DNA of 22,339 bases from contig CBFFRP010000489.1 of assembly GCA_965644295.1 (NCBI GenBank), positions 1-22,339 on the forward strand. The letters are read 5' to 3'. This document shows, piece by piece, positions 1 through 10,800 of the stretch (position 1 is the stretch's first letter; every line of letters begins with the position of its first letter). Position numbers and translations under genes: made by a program. The notes below the pieces were generated by a model that saw nothing but the letters and a program-made list of their open reading frames with translations, searched no databases and was not told the DNA's origin. This stretch comes from Paraphysomonas bandaiensis. Its lineage: Eukaryota; Protista; Chrysophyceae.

Positions 1-43
1 AGAAAAAGATTATCCCCATGTTTGAGTGAAATTTTTTATTTTA

Positions 44-180
44 GACTAGGTGAATACCATAAACACGTAGTCATTGTAAACTGAAAATATGAATTATTAA
101 ATGACTAGGTTTTTCAACCGCTTGACTAGGTTCTTACACCAATTTTGGTGTGACTAGGGAATTACACCAATTTGACTAGG
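44..180. repeat. Cluster of five GACTAGG motifs plus two TACACCAATTT motifs; possible subterminal repeats of an element running off the window
   Basis: GACTAGG occurs at 44, 103, 124, 152 and 174 in AT-rich DNA downstream of the NIPA-like stop codon. Confidence 0.45.
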
Positions 181-232
181 TCCAATAATAGATCCCATAA
201 TACTAGAAGACGATTCGTAATATATACATGAA

Positions 233-1687
233 TTATTTATCGCGAACCAAATCAAGAACACTTCGTATTTTCTTATAGACACTTTCTGGTGACTTTTCCT
301 GACCTTCAGTGCATGGTTTTTCGTCAGCAGCTGCCCTACGCTTTTCTCCGCATACTACTGGGAAAGACTCTGATGTATTTCCACATTGAGGATTGTTTTT
401 CCTCTGTGTTCTCACGTCAGAGGTATAGTGTGGACAGGAGGACATTACATCTTTGGCAATCTAGGAGCACAAAGACGTCAATAGTCAATCTACAATGAAG
501 AGTAACGTCACCTGTGATCCCAGCGCTTGTTGCAACAGAGCCTCAGCTGTCAATACCCACCCTGCCGCTGGCATCTCGTATCCTTCCCCAGATACAATTG
601 GAACACACACCCAGGGACAGAAGTGTCTATGCTGATGAAAGGGGTCTATACCATTATCGCAAGCTGTCTCCAACACGAGAGAGCGTGCACATAACTGACA
701 GTGCATGGATACACAGCCCTCCCCAGTTGTTGGATGCCAGCCGAATAGAGATAAAAGAAGTACCGTAGATAGGTTCGACGTAGATATAGATCCCTCCTCC
801 AATCCCATTCGATTTCGAAGATACTCACGAAGGGTGGTCGAGTGACTTACTGCTACACAGTAACAATAAGTTTTGTAGTCGTTAAGATGGTTGGTCGTCT
901 ACTACCTGAACTGTCGTTATCGGGTTGCATCACTCCTTCCAACATATTCCAGGCCTGTTGCCACTGTCTAAGCTCAGCTGGTACAACAGTTGGTCTCAGA
1001 TACGAAATATGCTTACACCACTCCCCAATCCGAGTGCAAAGGTCACCGACGAGGTCAGCTGGTGCAGATGATGGAGGTAAAAAACCGAGAAAGTCCAAAG
1101 GGGAAAAATTGTCAGAACCATCAGAAGATATCCAGTGGCATCTCTCCTTACTATGAGCGGTCTGCATAGCCTGATAAAATTTCGACCCATCAACATCATC
1201 TGCTGCACGGTTAAAGCGAAAGGGACTGTCAATATGTGATCAGTACCTGGGTCATGTGTAATCTCCACGTCACAGGAAGTGCAGACAACAACGTTAGCGG
1301 CCTTATTTACCCATCCACATCTAGCACATTGAAACGGAGATATTAATTCCGGCTTCGCAAACCATGTCGATGCCTTGAATGTTCTGTGTATCAATACACT
1401 GTATGTTAGAAGGATCTACGAGCATATGGGAGATAAGGACCTTGTCCGTTGCAAGAAATCATCATAGTTCCATGGCTGTACTCGCTTCAAATTCGAGCAT
1501 GTTTCATCTGATGACATATACGTGATATATTTCAAGTCATGTGTGTATATATATAACCACTAATAGGACGAGATGCATCTGCTATTATAGCCTCACGAGA
1601 CTTCCTTCTGGGGACCTCTCTATCACTCGTCTTGCTGGCCTCGAACCCACTCTCCCATAGTTTAAGAACAGCGTCTATTTTATTCAT
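233..1687 (-). CDS. NIPA/ZC3HC1 (Rsm1/Pml39)-like protein with zf-C3HC and Rsm1-type zinc-binding domains; 6 exons, ~399 aa
   Basis: Manual splicing with GT-AG introns gives exons 1687-1558, 1507-1441, 1383-1247, 1202-906, 852-512 and 460-233 (1200 nt, in frame). The protein reads MNKIDAVLKLW...QPWNYDDFLQRTRTFKASTWFAKPELISPFQCARCGWVN...CTSC...HSKERCHW (zf-C3HC signature). It then reads LSLFGW...CQLCARSL...DPFHQHRHFCPW (Rsm1-like second finger). Confidence 0.9.
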
Positions 1688-1759
1688 TTGGTAGAAGAGA
1701 ATCAGATAGTTCTACTGGAGGTGAGTGCTATGGATGCATGGTATATGCACACATCAGAT

Positions 1760-2217
1760 CATACATACATACATACATACATACATACATACATACATAC
1801 ATACATACATACATACATACATACATACATACATACATACATACATACATACATACATACATACATACATACATACATACATACATACATACATACATAC
1901 ATACATACATACATACATACATACATACATACATACATACATACATACATACATACATACATACATACATACATACATACATACATACATACATACATAC
2001 ATACATACATACATACATACATACATACATACATACATACATACATACATACATACATACATACATACATACATACATACATACATACATACATACATAC
2101 ATACATACATACATACATACATACATACATACATACATACATACATACATACATACATACATACATACATACATACATACATACATACATACATACATAC
2201 ATACATACATACATACA
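1760..2217. repeat. (ACAT)n tetranucleotide microsatellite, ~114 perfect units
   Basis: An uninterrupted ACAT run of about 458 bp lies between the start codons of two divergent genes. Confidence 0.99.
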
Positions 2218-2407
2218 CCGTACGTATTCTCGTCCCACCATCATCGCCAGAGTACTACACCGCCGTATATTGCTCCTACAACTACCATATATAACATGAC
2301 CTATATATCCACATATATGCATATGTTACATCTCGTCATTGTTATGTACACTACACCCTCCTAACACAACTATCTGTACTAAAGAATTAACAGTGTTACA
2401 CACATTA

Positions 2408-3782
2408 ATGTCAGAGCAAACACTTAATCACACTATCGATGATGATCCTATTGTACCAAGCGACGAGTCTCAGTCTATAGGTACATCTCCAGGTACATAT
2501 ATAAGTACAGTCCATCTAGAGGTACATTAATATATATACCCTCTCAGGTACATCTGTAAGCACCCCTCCTGGTACATCCTCTTACACTCCTACTCCAAGA
2601 GGCAATTCAAGCACCAGTATGGACTCTTCTGACACCTCTGCTGCGGGTGAGATACAAAAACAAGTGTCGAGAGACCGATACGGGTTTATTTTATCAGATC
2701 AATCTGCTGAATCAATGAGAAACTCCTCCGAAAAGAAAAAACTCCAGTTTTTAGAAGTAGAAAGAACAAAAAAATGGGTTAAAATGTTAGCAAATTGGAA
2801 TAATACAGTGACTTTTAAGGGAGAAAAGTTAAAACGACGGTTACGGAAAGGGATTCCAGATCCTGTAAGAGGAGAGGCATGGAGACGTCTTGCTCGAGTG
2901 GAAGATACAAAGATGTTGTATCCTGATGCATTTAATATGAAGAACGCCGACCAACTTGATGAAAAAGTGAGAGAAGAGGTCGAAAGGGACATAAATCGGA
3001 CCTTTCCGGGACATGATTTTTTTATATCTCGCGGTGGGGCCGGACAAGCTTCTCTCCGGCGAGTACTGCAAATGTATGCAGTGTTTGATCCAGAGGTGGG
3101 GTATTGTCAAGGAATGGGGTTTATCGCGGCCATGTTTTTGACCTATATGGTTGAAGAAGACGCATTCTATGCGATGCTGTCTCTCCTTCAGGTATAGACA
3201 CAGTTTCATATGCGACTGCTCTAACGGCTCTTGTCACCCAGCGCCCCTCTTTCCCCCTCCGTGCCATGTACTGTCCCGGTATGCCTGGCACGAAGAAGGT
3301 CTTAGCCGTATTCGCCGGGCTTGGAGAGCACTATTTACCCCGTATATGGAACCATTTGACAGAGCAGGGTATTCATCACTCGATGTACGCCACTGGGTGG
3401 TTCATGACCCTGTATTCATCGGCTTTCCCCTTCGATCTCGTCACCAGAGTGTTTGATGTTCTTTGGTTCGAGGGATGGAAGATAATATATAGGGTTGCAC
3501 TAGCCCTACTAAAGGTGCGTAGATGTGATCTTGTCGTTTATTTCAAATTATGCTGTCTTCGTAGTATTCCGAACGGGAAATTCTAAGCAATTCTTTTGAG
3601 GAAATAATGTTTCACTTTCGACAGCTTCCCATCTCAGTTGACTATGTACGGCTCTGGAAGGTATTTGTTATTTCCTGTTTTGGATTTGTATCACGAGAAC
3701 TTGTTTCCCTACGTAGATTGTCTGGGAAATACCACTTACGAGAGCCGTAATACTTGAGTACGAAGGAGGTTACGTGAATTGA
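2408..3782 (+). CDS. TBC-domain Rab GTPase-activating protein; 5 exons, ~387 aa
   Basis: Exons 2408-2492, 2548-3191, 3242-3514, 3565-3660 and 3717-3782 splice in frame with GT-AG introns (1164 nt). Motifs include DRYGF, RKGIPDPVRGEAW, the R-finger ERDINRTFP, the Q-finger VGYCQGMGF, WFMTLYS and RVFDVLWFEG. The first exon is less certain; an alternative start is ATG 2619. Confidence 0.93.
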
Positions 3783-4832
3783 GGTTATACTGCTGGTACA
3801 CTACTACCGCACATTTGCATTCTACTACAGAGACACGAATATTATGTATTGTACTTCGAAGTAAGACTGATCGTCATGTGCCGTATTATGCATATATAGA
3901 AACCATAATTTATAGCTATCGGTGTCAGGGTATTGTAGTAGTGAAAGCTGTACTTGCTAGATTACATAGTTTTCACGTTTCATCAATCAGAAGGGTGTGC
4001 GTCATCTGGTATAGATTGTATTTCGTCACACAGTATTATGGTATAGTCTGTATGAATACCAACTTCGTTGATTGAAAATAACAAGTTTTGTATATTATTG
4101 TTACTAGCTCTGTTTCGCAGCGAGCTGTTATACTGAATACTGACATACACATGCATGCGTTTGCTGCAAATTAACGACAAATCTTGAGCATATATAAATT
4201 TCACCTAATCTTATATAGTTCATTACAGTACACCATCTAGTTCTCATTATTGCTTGCGCATGTAACAGAAAAGCAATAACTGTACCCCAATGAATGAACT
4301 GATTATTACTCAACAGCCCAATAGTACTCCAGCTACACACTCTACTACTCTAGTCTCTATAACCACTACTTATTACCTGACACTAGCCGGGAGTCTCTGG
4401 AGCTTAAAGCCATTTCTGATGCATTATTTCTCTTTTTACCACGACTGAGAGCATTGCTCAGTAAGTCGAGCATTTCCACTACCTCACCTGCATGGTCTTC
4501 TTTTTCCATTTCAAACACGGTTTCATGCTGTAAATCAGCACATGAATCAACGACGTACTCGGACTGAACTTTCTCTGCGCATTTTAAATGCTTTACTCCC
4601 CTCCAATACTAATAGGCATACTGCTTGGTTGCGTCGTCTTCAATAACCTCGAGACATACACTCTCCGCTTTTCTACAGGTCACGGGAACCCACTTGTCAC
4701 GCTCATTTTGACGATAATGAGGCATAAACCTTTACAATAGCTCTCCCGCATAGTAATGAAGCTTGCTATACGAACTCACAGTTAATAATGGCACGATTCA
4801 CAGTGTGTTCGCTCTCTCAAAATCCGTCCGAC

Positions 4833-4994
4833 TCTGTGGGAATAAGTCGATCCAGCAGAATAGTCGATCCAGCAAAAAAATCGACCTTTTTTCGTTATTT
4901 CTCTGAAATATATTCGTCAAAAAACAACATGCATCAAAAAAGCCTGGATTTTTTTGCTGGATCGACATATTCTGCTTGATCTTATTCCCACAGA
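4833..4994. mobile_element. Short MITE-like element with ~50-bp imperfect terminal inverted repeats
   Basis: TCTGTGGGAATAAG (4833-4846) pairs perfectly with CTTATTCCCACAGA (4981-4994). The inner GATCCAGCAGAATAGTCGATCCAGCAAAAAAATC pairs with GATTTTTTTGCTGGATCGACATATTCTGCTTGATC. No clear TSD is visible. Confidence 0.6.
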
Positions 4995-5489
4995 CAGAAT
5001 TGTTGCCTTATTGGAATTCCAAGAAATCACTATCTAAGTGCGTGGCATTCGCTACTTCAAAATTGAAGTTGCGGTTTCTGCAACATGACATCAAGATTTC
5101 AGCTGGATGATGGTATCTTGCTCCCTCAAACCATCCCTAATCTGCTTCTTGGAGTTCCAAAACGCTGTTCATATACCAGTGCCTGCCAATACTTCAATGT
5201 TCTGTTCGACGTCACACTTTAGTCAGCCGCATAGCATTTGCGATTACTATACAATCACAACTTCACTGCAATCAAGTCAGGGTTATCATCACGACTAAGA
5301 TTCGTATCCTCACAGTGAGTGTTGTCTGGAGTGACACTTCTTTATTGGCATGCTCCATTTCTGATTGGCTTCTGCGGAATATTTTTTTAGACAAGACGAT
5401 GAAAAACGACGCTTTTGTTCTTGTTAGCGCGAAGGGGATCCCAGTAGACCTCATAGAACTCCCATCCATACACTCGTATCCAGAATAAA

Positions 5490-5551
5490 CTCCAGAGCGC
5501 AAGTAAAACTCCCTTGCCTGACAATCCTGGAGTTTTACTTGCGCTCTGGAG
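5490..5551. repeat. Perfect 23-bp inverted repeat (hairpin) with a 16-nt loop
   Basis: CTCCAGAGCGCAAGTAAAACTCC (5490-5512) pairs with GGAGTTTTACTTGCGCTCTGGAG (5529-5551). Confidence 0.9.
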
Positions 5552-6729
5552 CTTGAGGAAGATTTTACTCCCTTGCCTTTTACAATCCTGCAGAGTGTTC
5601 GATCCTGCAGAGTGTTCGATCATGGAAGACCGCAGTCCTGATCCCTTCTATCAGACATTGCATGCTCTTACTTGTCCAGATACACTGGATGAAATGATTC
5701 AAATCGTTACTAATATTCGCCGCAAGAGAATGGATACTTTAAACGAGCAGCAGCATGTGGCAGCTCGAACAGCCGAACTGGAGACATCACGGTATCATGA
5801 CCAGCTCACTGAAACCAATTCATTTCCGTCGGCTGACTTAACACTTCTTCCTGCATCGTTTGTTTCTACTTAGTATATTTTTGCTATCTGTTCCTTAGTC
5901 TTAGTTTGTTTCATTTTTACCATTAACTAACATTCGATACAACGTAACACTTACATAACCTTTCGACACTTAGTAACACTTACTTCTATTCACACTTAGT
6001 AACAACTTAGTAACACTATATTATTCAATATTATAATCATATTTACATAACCTTTCGTGATATTGCTTACTAAATTTTACAATACATTTATTTTTATTTC
6101 ATTGGTATTAAGAGATAATACAAAAATAGTAGAGGGACAAGGATGGATTTATACTCTCACTGCCAGTATAAGAAAAATATTGCTTCCCACAAGCAGTTTT
6201 ACGCATGTTCATTTGTCATGATGTTAACCACCTCAGCAAGACGTACAGGAGCTTTTCCTCTTCTGCAGAAATTAGGAATCTACACATCTATACGAAACCT
6301 TTGTGGACTACTGTAGTTGTCTTAGACCAGAACACCCTCATCAAGAAGATATATATATTAAAACACTCCTTAACCGCCTTGTTGTTAGGATCAGTTTTCA
6401 CTATTGCAGCTCTTCGTAGTAGTCCTATCCACTGGATAGAATACCTTCATCAAATTATACATTCTCTGCCACAACTTCGGACTTCCCTACTAGCCATACT
6501 CTCTGTATCCCGCTTTAGAGCGTGAGTATCATATATATATATAATATATACCCACCACAAGTCTTTTCTTGTCGGTTGTTCAAAATAAAAATGTATCAAC
6601 TGCACATCCATTTTTGAGCCTGGTGCTGTACCTCAGGAACACATTCCATAGGTGACACCCATGATACGTACATGATGTATGAAAATAATATGCATCCAAC
6701 CAATGTGTAGATGTGTAGGAGTGAATAAT

Positions 6730-7590
6730 GTCTTATTATTAGCAATATAGGCGTTGAAGTGTCAATAATGCTTAACTCTGATATCGTACTATTTAGTGCT
6801 ACGAAAGCTGCTAGTGCGTCACCACAAGCACCAAGGTGCAACCACTATCGCTCTATCGCTCAAAGTCAACGTAGTGAGCAAGCAGAATGTTGACATACCT
6901 GACATCTGCTAACTTCAGGATTTTAGAGTCCTTAATCGAACAGCCCGGATGCTTGACTTCAGGTGCCCTCAACAAAGTCGGACTCGTACCTTTTCGTGGT
7001 GTTCTGGGGGATAAGTACCAGAGAGATTCTCTCTGGGAAACTAACGTGAGCCGCAAACATAGTCAACAGATATTCTTCCGCCCATTCATAGCCGAATGTT
7101 TGTGTGGTACAAGGGACACCAATAAGTGTCACATGTGTAGACGTCTTTGGGACCTGGGATCTGACGAATAAACAGACATCCGGGAATGGAATCCGGGAAT
7201 GGGCCCACCTCAAGGGCATCCAGGACAGGGTCCACCTGAAGGGTAACCGGGGTATTGGGCTGCCTGCTGAAGTCAAGCATCCGGGATGTTCACCTTAAGA
7301 ACTCAGAGCGGAAGTAGTCGCACCTCGGTGCTTGCGGCGACGCACAAGCAGCTTCCGTAGCGTTAAATAGTAGGATAAAAAACGTGTGTACTGATTAGTT
7401 ACAGGTAGAGGTCTAACTAGTTTGTCTAACATTCATCTAGCTTCTAAGTTGGTGCAGGTTGTTAACGCCTATTGCTAATAATAAGACTTTCAATATGACT
7501 TCAGCAGGCAGCCCAATACCCGGATGCCCTTGAGGGGGGGCATTCCTGGATTATTCGTCAAGGCCCAAATAATGTCTGCGCAAGTGACAA
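6730..7590. repeat. Complex of inverted copies of a dispersed repeat (long imperfect inverted arms 6730-~6961 and ~7267-7487, plus a further inverted segment 7497-7590)
   Basis: GTCTTATTATTAGCAATA (6730-6747) pairs with 7470-7487. The block 6782-6854 pairs with 7305-7378. CCCGGATGCTTGACTTCAG (~6944-6962) pairs with ~7267-7285. Segment 7497-7590 is an inverted, deleted copy of ~7125-7274. Confidence 0.75.
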
Positions 7591-7821
7591 CAAGTAACTT
7601 CGACGAGTAAAACGATATCTTCAGATATAGTAAATATGAACGGGTTTTACCAATACCAAATTTACTTTACGCTACTGTATAGATTTCATTCATTCAGTAA
7701 TTGCTATGTTCAAAGTCAAGAATAGGCTACAATATATGTACATCACCGCCTTTCTTTGTCATGGCCATAACACCAACGATAAATTCTTTTTTACTTCTAA
7801 ATGGAAATATATGCATTTCTA

Positions 7822-10800
7822 TCACACTGGTTTGTTAAATGAAGACTGCTTACAAAACTGTGCGAGCCCCATTTGCCTGGAGGCATCTGAGAGAGGTGCC
7901 ACTACTGGTGGGGTACTGACCCCTCTGGCTGCATCTTGTTTGCTGCCTGTCTTTCTCTCAAGAAGCTTTCTCTGTAAAATTTGGTTCTGTCTGGCCTGCG
8001 CAACTTGCACTAAGGACTGATCACGAATAGAAAGAATACACATACCCTCTCAATTCTAAGAGAGAGGTTCAACTTCTGTTGCTCCTCACTGTAAGTAGAA
8101 GATATCTTCTTTGCCTCTGCCTCCATAGACTGCTTCCTATGTAGCTTTGATTCCTGCATTCGAAGCTCAGCTGCGGCTCGCGCAGCATATGCAGCAGCCC
8201 GTTTTTCTTCATCGGAGGTAACCCCAGGAAGGATCTTGGCGTCCGCTGACAAAGAGGCAGGAATGCTTTCACCATCATTCTCACATCCATCGGCCAGTCG
8301 CAAGAGGTTGGTAAGGCCAAGCTAAACAAACAATGTCGGTATAACATCTGTACAAATGATATCAATATACCTTTTCAAGGTCCTCTGCAGAGGTTGACCT
8401 GGCTAGCTCAATGATCTCTTGATAATTCTAGGCGGAAAGACATTGAAGTACGTTAAAAATCTATCAATATATCACTTGGTTTCATACCTTCTGAAGTTTC
8501 TGCAACCGTCTTTCCTCCTCGTCCTCTTGCTCCAGATATTCACCCGATTTACACTCCGCCATTCTCTTTTCCTTGGTCTCCTGCAGAGTCCGCAGCCTGA
8601 GAATAGTATCACTGTGCATGCCCATATTAGTGATGTGTCACCGACTCACCTTTGTTGCAACTTGCCCTTTCGCTTATTCATCTCATACTCAAGATCATCC
8701 ATCTAATAAAGAATACGTTGAACCACCCATAAGTAATAAGTAGCCAATCTATTACCAACTGCCCGTGATGCCTGTCGTGCGTAGCTTTTATCTCATCTTT
8801 CCTCCCCGCGTTCGTTTCCCTGTGCTCAGCCCACTTGGCAGAGGCTGTGGACGAATTCTTTTCAGGGGAAGTAGGACCAGTGTACTTGGTAGTATGACGT
8901 TTCGTTTTTTCTTTCCGCTCCACAACAAATGGCTCGGCCATGAATGCATCAACGACATCCGCGATGGCATCTCCATCGTCATACACCAGGTTAGATTCTT
9001 TATCCTCCTCATACTTACTCTCTCCCCTCTGTCGTCTGCGGTCTGCCAGTTTTTCTCTCATACGGCTGCGGTCATGTGCCTGCACCATATCTAATTTATT
9101 TTTCCACCGCTCATATTCACTCAGTATTGATGATTTTACGCTGGACACCGTCGCATGTTAGTAACAACAATAATCAAGCAATCGTATACCTCTCAGGATT
9201 CACCAGTACAGTCCCTGCTTCTTTGTTAACGCCATGGGTTACATCCTGTACATGACTATAGCAAGCGGAAAACACCATATCGCGTATTGCATCAGTATTA
9301 TAAGCTCGGCGACTGGGGTCCACATCAGTCGTGCTGAGAGTTTTCCGTGATAAATGCTCCGCAGCTGCAGTGTACCCATCAGACATTTTCACAGATATAT
9401 CTGCCCAACGCTTTAGCAGATTTGTTGCCCCTTCACCCTTAAGTGCATCGACATCAAGGTATTTTTCCTCATCATCCTCTATTGCTTCTTGTTCAGCATT
9501 CAAAGTCAACGCTACTTCAGTCGGATCGATGATGCAGGCAGCAGAAGTCGCCAGTAGCACTGGTCGAAGTGCATTCGAGTACACCTCGGCATCCTATGCG
9601 CACCATCAAATCATAGTCGATGCGTAATAAAGAACAATACCTGACTATCCAGTGCCAATTCAACTTCTTTATCCAATTCGAAAGGGTCTGTGTCCTGCAT
9701 ATGCTTTACCTTCCGCCTACGTAATTTGTCCATCATTTTCTCTTTGCGTTGAGAACGAGTAGCAGCCTGCTGTTCCTTCAGTTTCGCGAGCTCTGCCTCA
9801 TACCTGCAAACGTATATAAGAAATCACCGGCACTCAATGGGGACCGGTCTCACTTATCCCGTAGCACTTTAGCAGCCTCTTTGGCGGCCACATCCTTGTC
9901 CTCAGTGGAGACAACCCACTGGTCACTAGGAAGGCCATCAGATATCTTGTTTTTCACTAACCGGGTCTCAGCCCTACATCGCTGTTTGTATCCTATGATA
10001 ATATTTTTTTCTTCTTCATTTATACTCGCAGTGGCTGCTTGGATGAGAGCTTGATGTCGCGCCCGTTCCTCCTCCTCCTGTGGTGTCCCTACAACAGAAT
10101 CAATTGAAGTCCGCATCGTAGCCTGCATTTCCCCCAGTCTCCAGGCCCGCTGTTCTTGTAGTGCAGATTTTAGCTTTGACAATCCTGCTTGATGCTCTCT
10201 TTTCAGCCTAGCCGTTGTCTCTTTTGCAGTTGACTCAATCAGGTCATCCTGCATAGCACATGAAGCGTAGAAAAAAATAGCTAACGAACGTACTTCAGTG
10301 ACCTCCTCTACCACGCTACCCCGGATTCCTTTAGCTGGGGGAGACTCCATATTATTTGCATAGTTAGGTTTCGTGATAATTCTAGGAGATGCCTGTCGAG
10401 GCGATTCCTCTGAATACCAGGTTATATTCATAGTAGATGCAATAAATATGAATGAACGCTGTATGCTAACCTTTGTACTGAGGCGAAACCACAGTATCTT
10501 CCATCACTGGAGTATCATCATGTAAAACCGCATTAATTCGAGTTTTCAGAATAATCTATCGCGAAATAACTTATATCTAGTGATCCTTACACAGAAGATA
10601 GTTACCTGCTCGTCTTCCAGTAGATGCATTTCGAGAAGTAGATTCACAGCGCTTCCACTAAGAAAATAGATTTTAGTGCATGAGACATCAGCCAGTAAAA
10701 GTTCGACAAGCTTACTTGGTTCCCTCAGGATCAAGCCGGTACATCATATCGTAAACCTTATCCGACACCGCCTCTACAGGATCGCCAGACATGACCTAGT

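Noticed and set aside
1688-2364. HTYI/MYVC-repeat ORFs (also at 18106-18493)
   Set aside because: These are translation artefacts of stop-free (ACAT)n microsatellites.
5514-5873. 119-aa ORF as a gene
   Set aside because: It begins inside the hairpin and duplication scar and has no recognisable domain.
5940-6060. ACACTTAGTAAC and TTACATAACCTTTCG short repeats
   Set aside because: These are short, AT-rich local duplications with no evidence of function.
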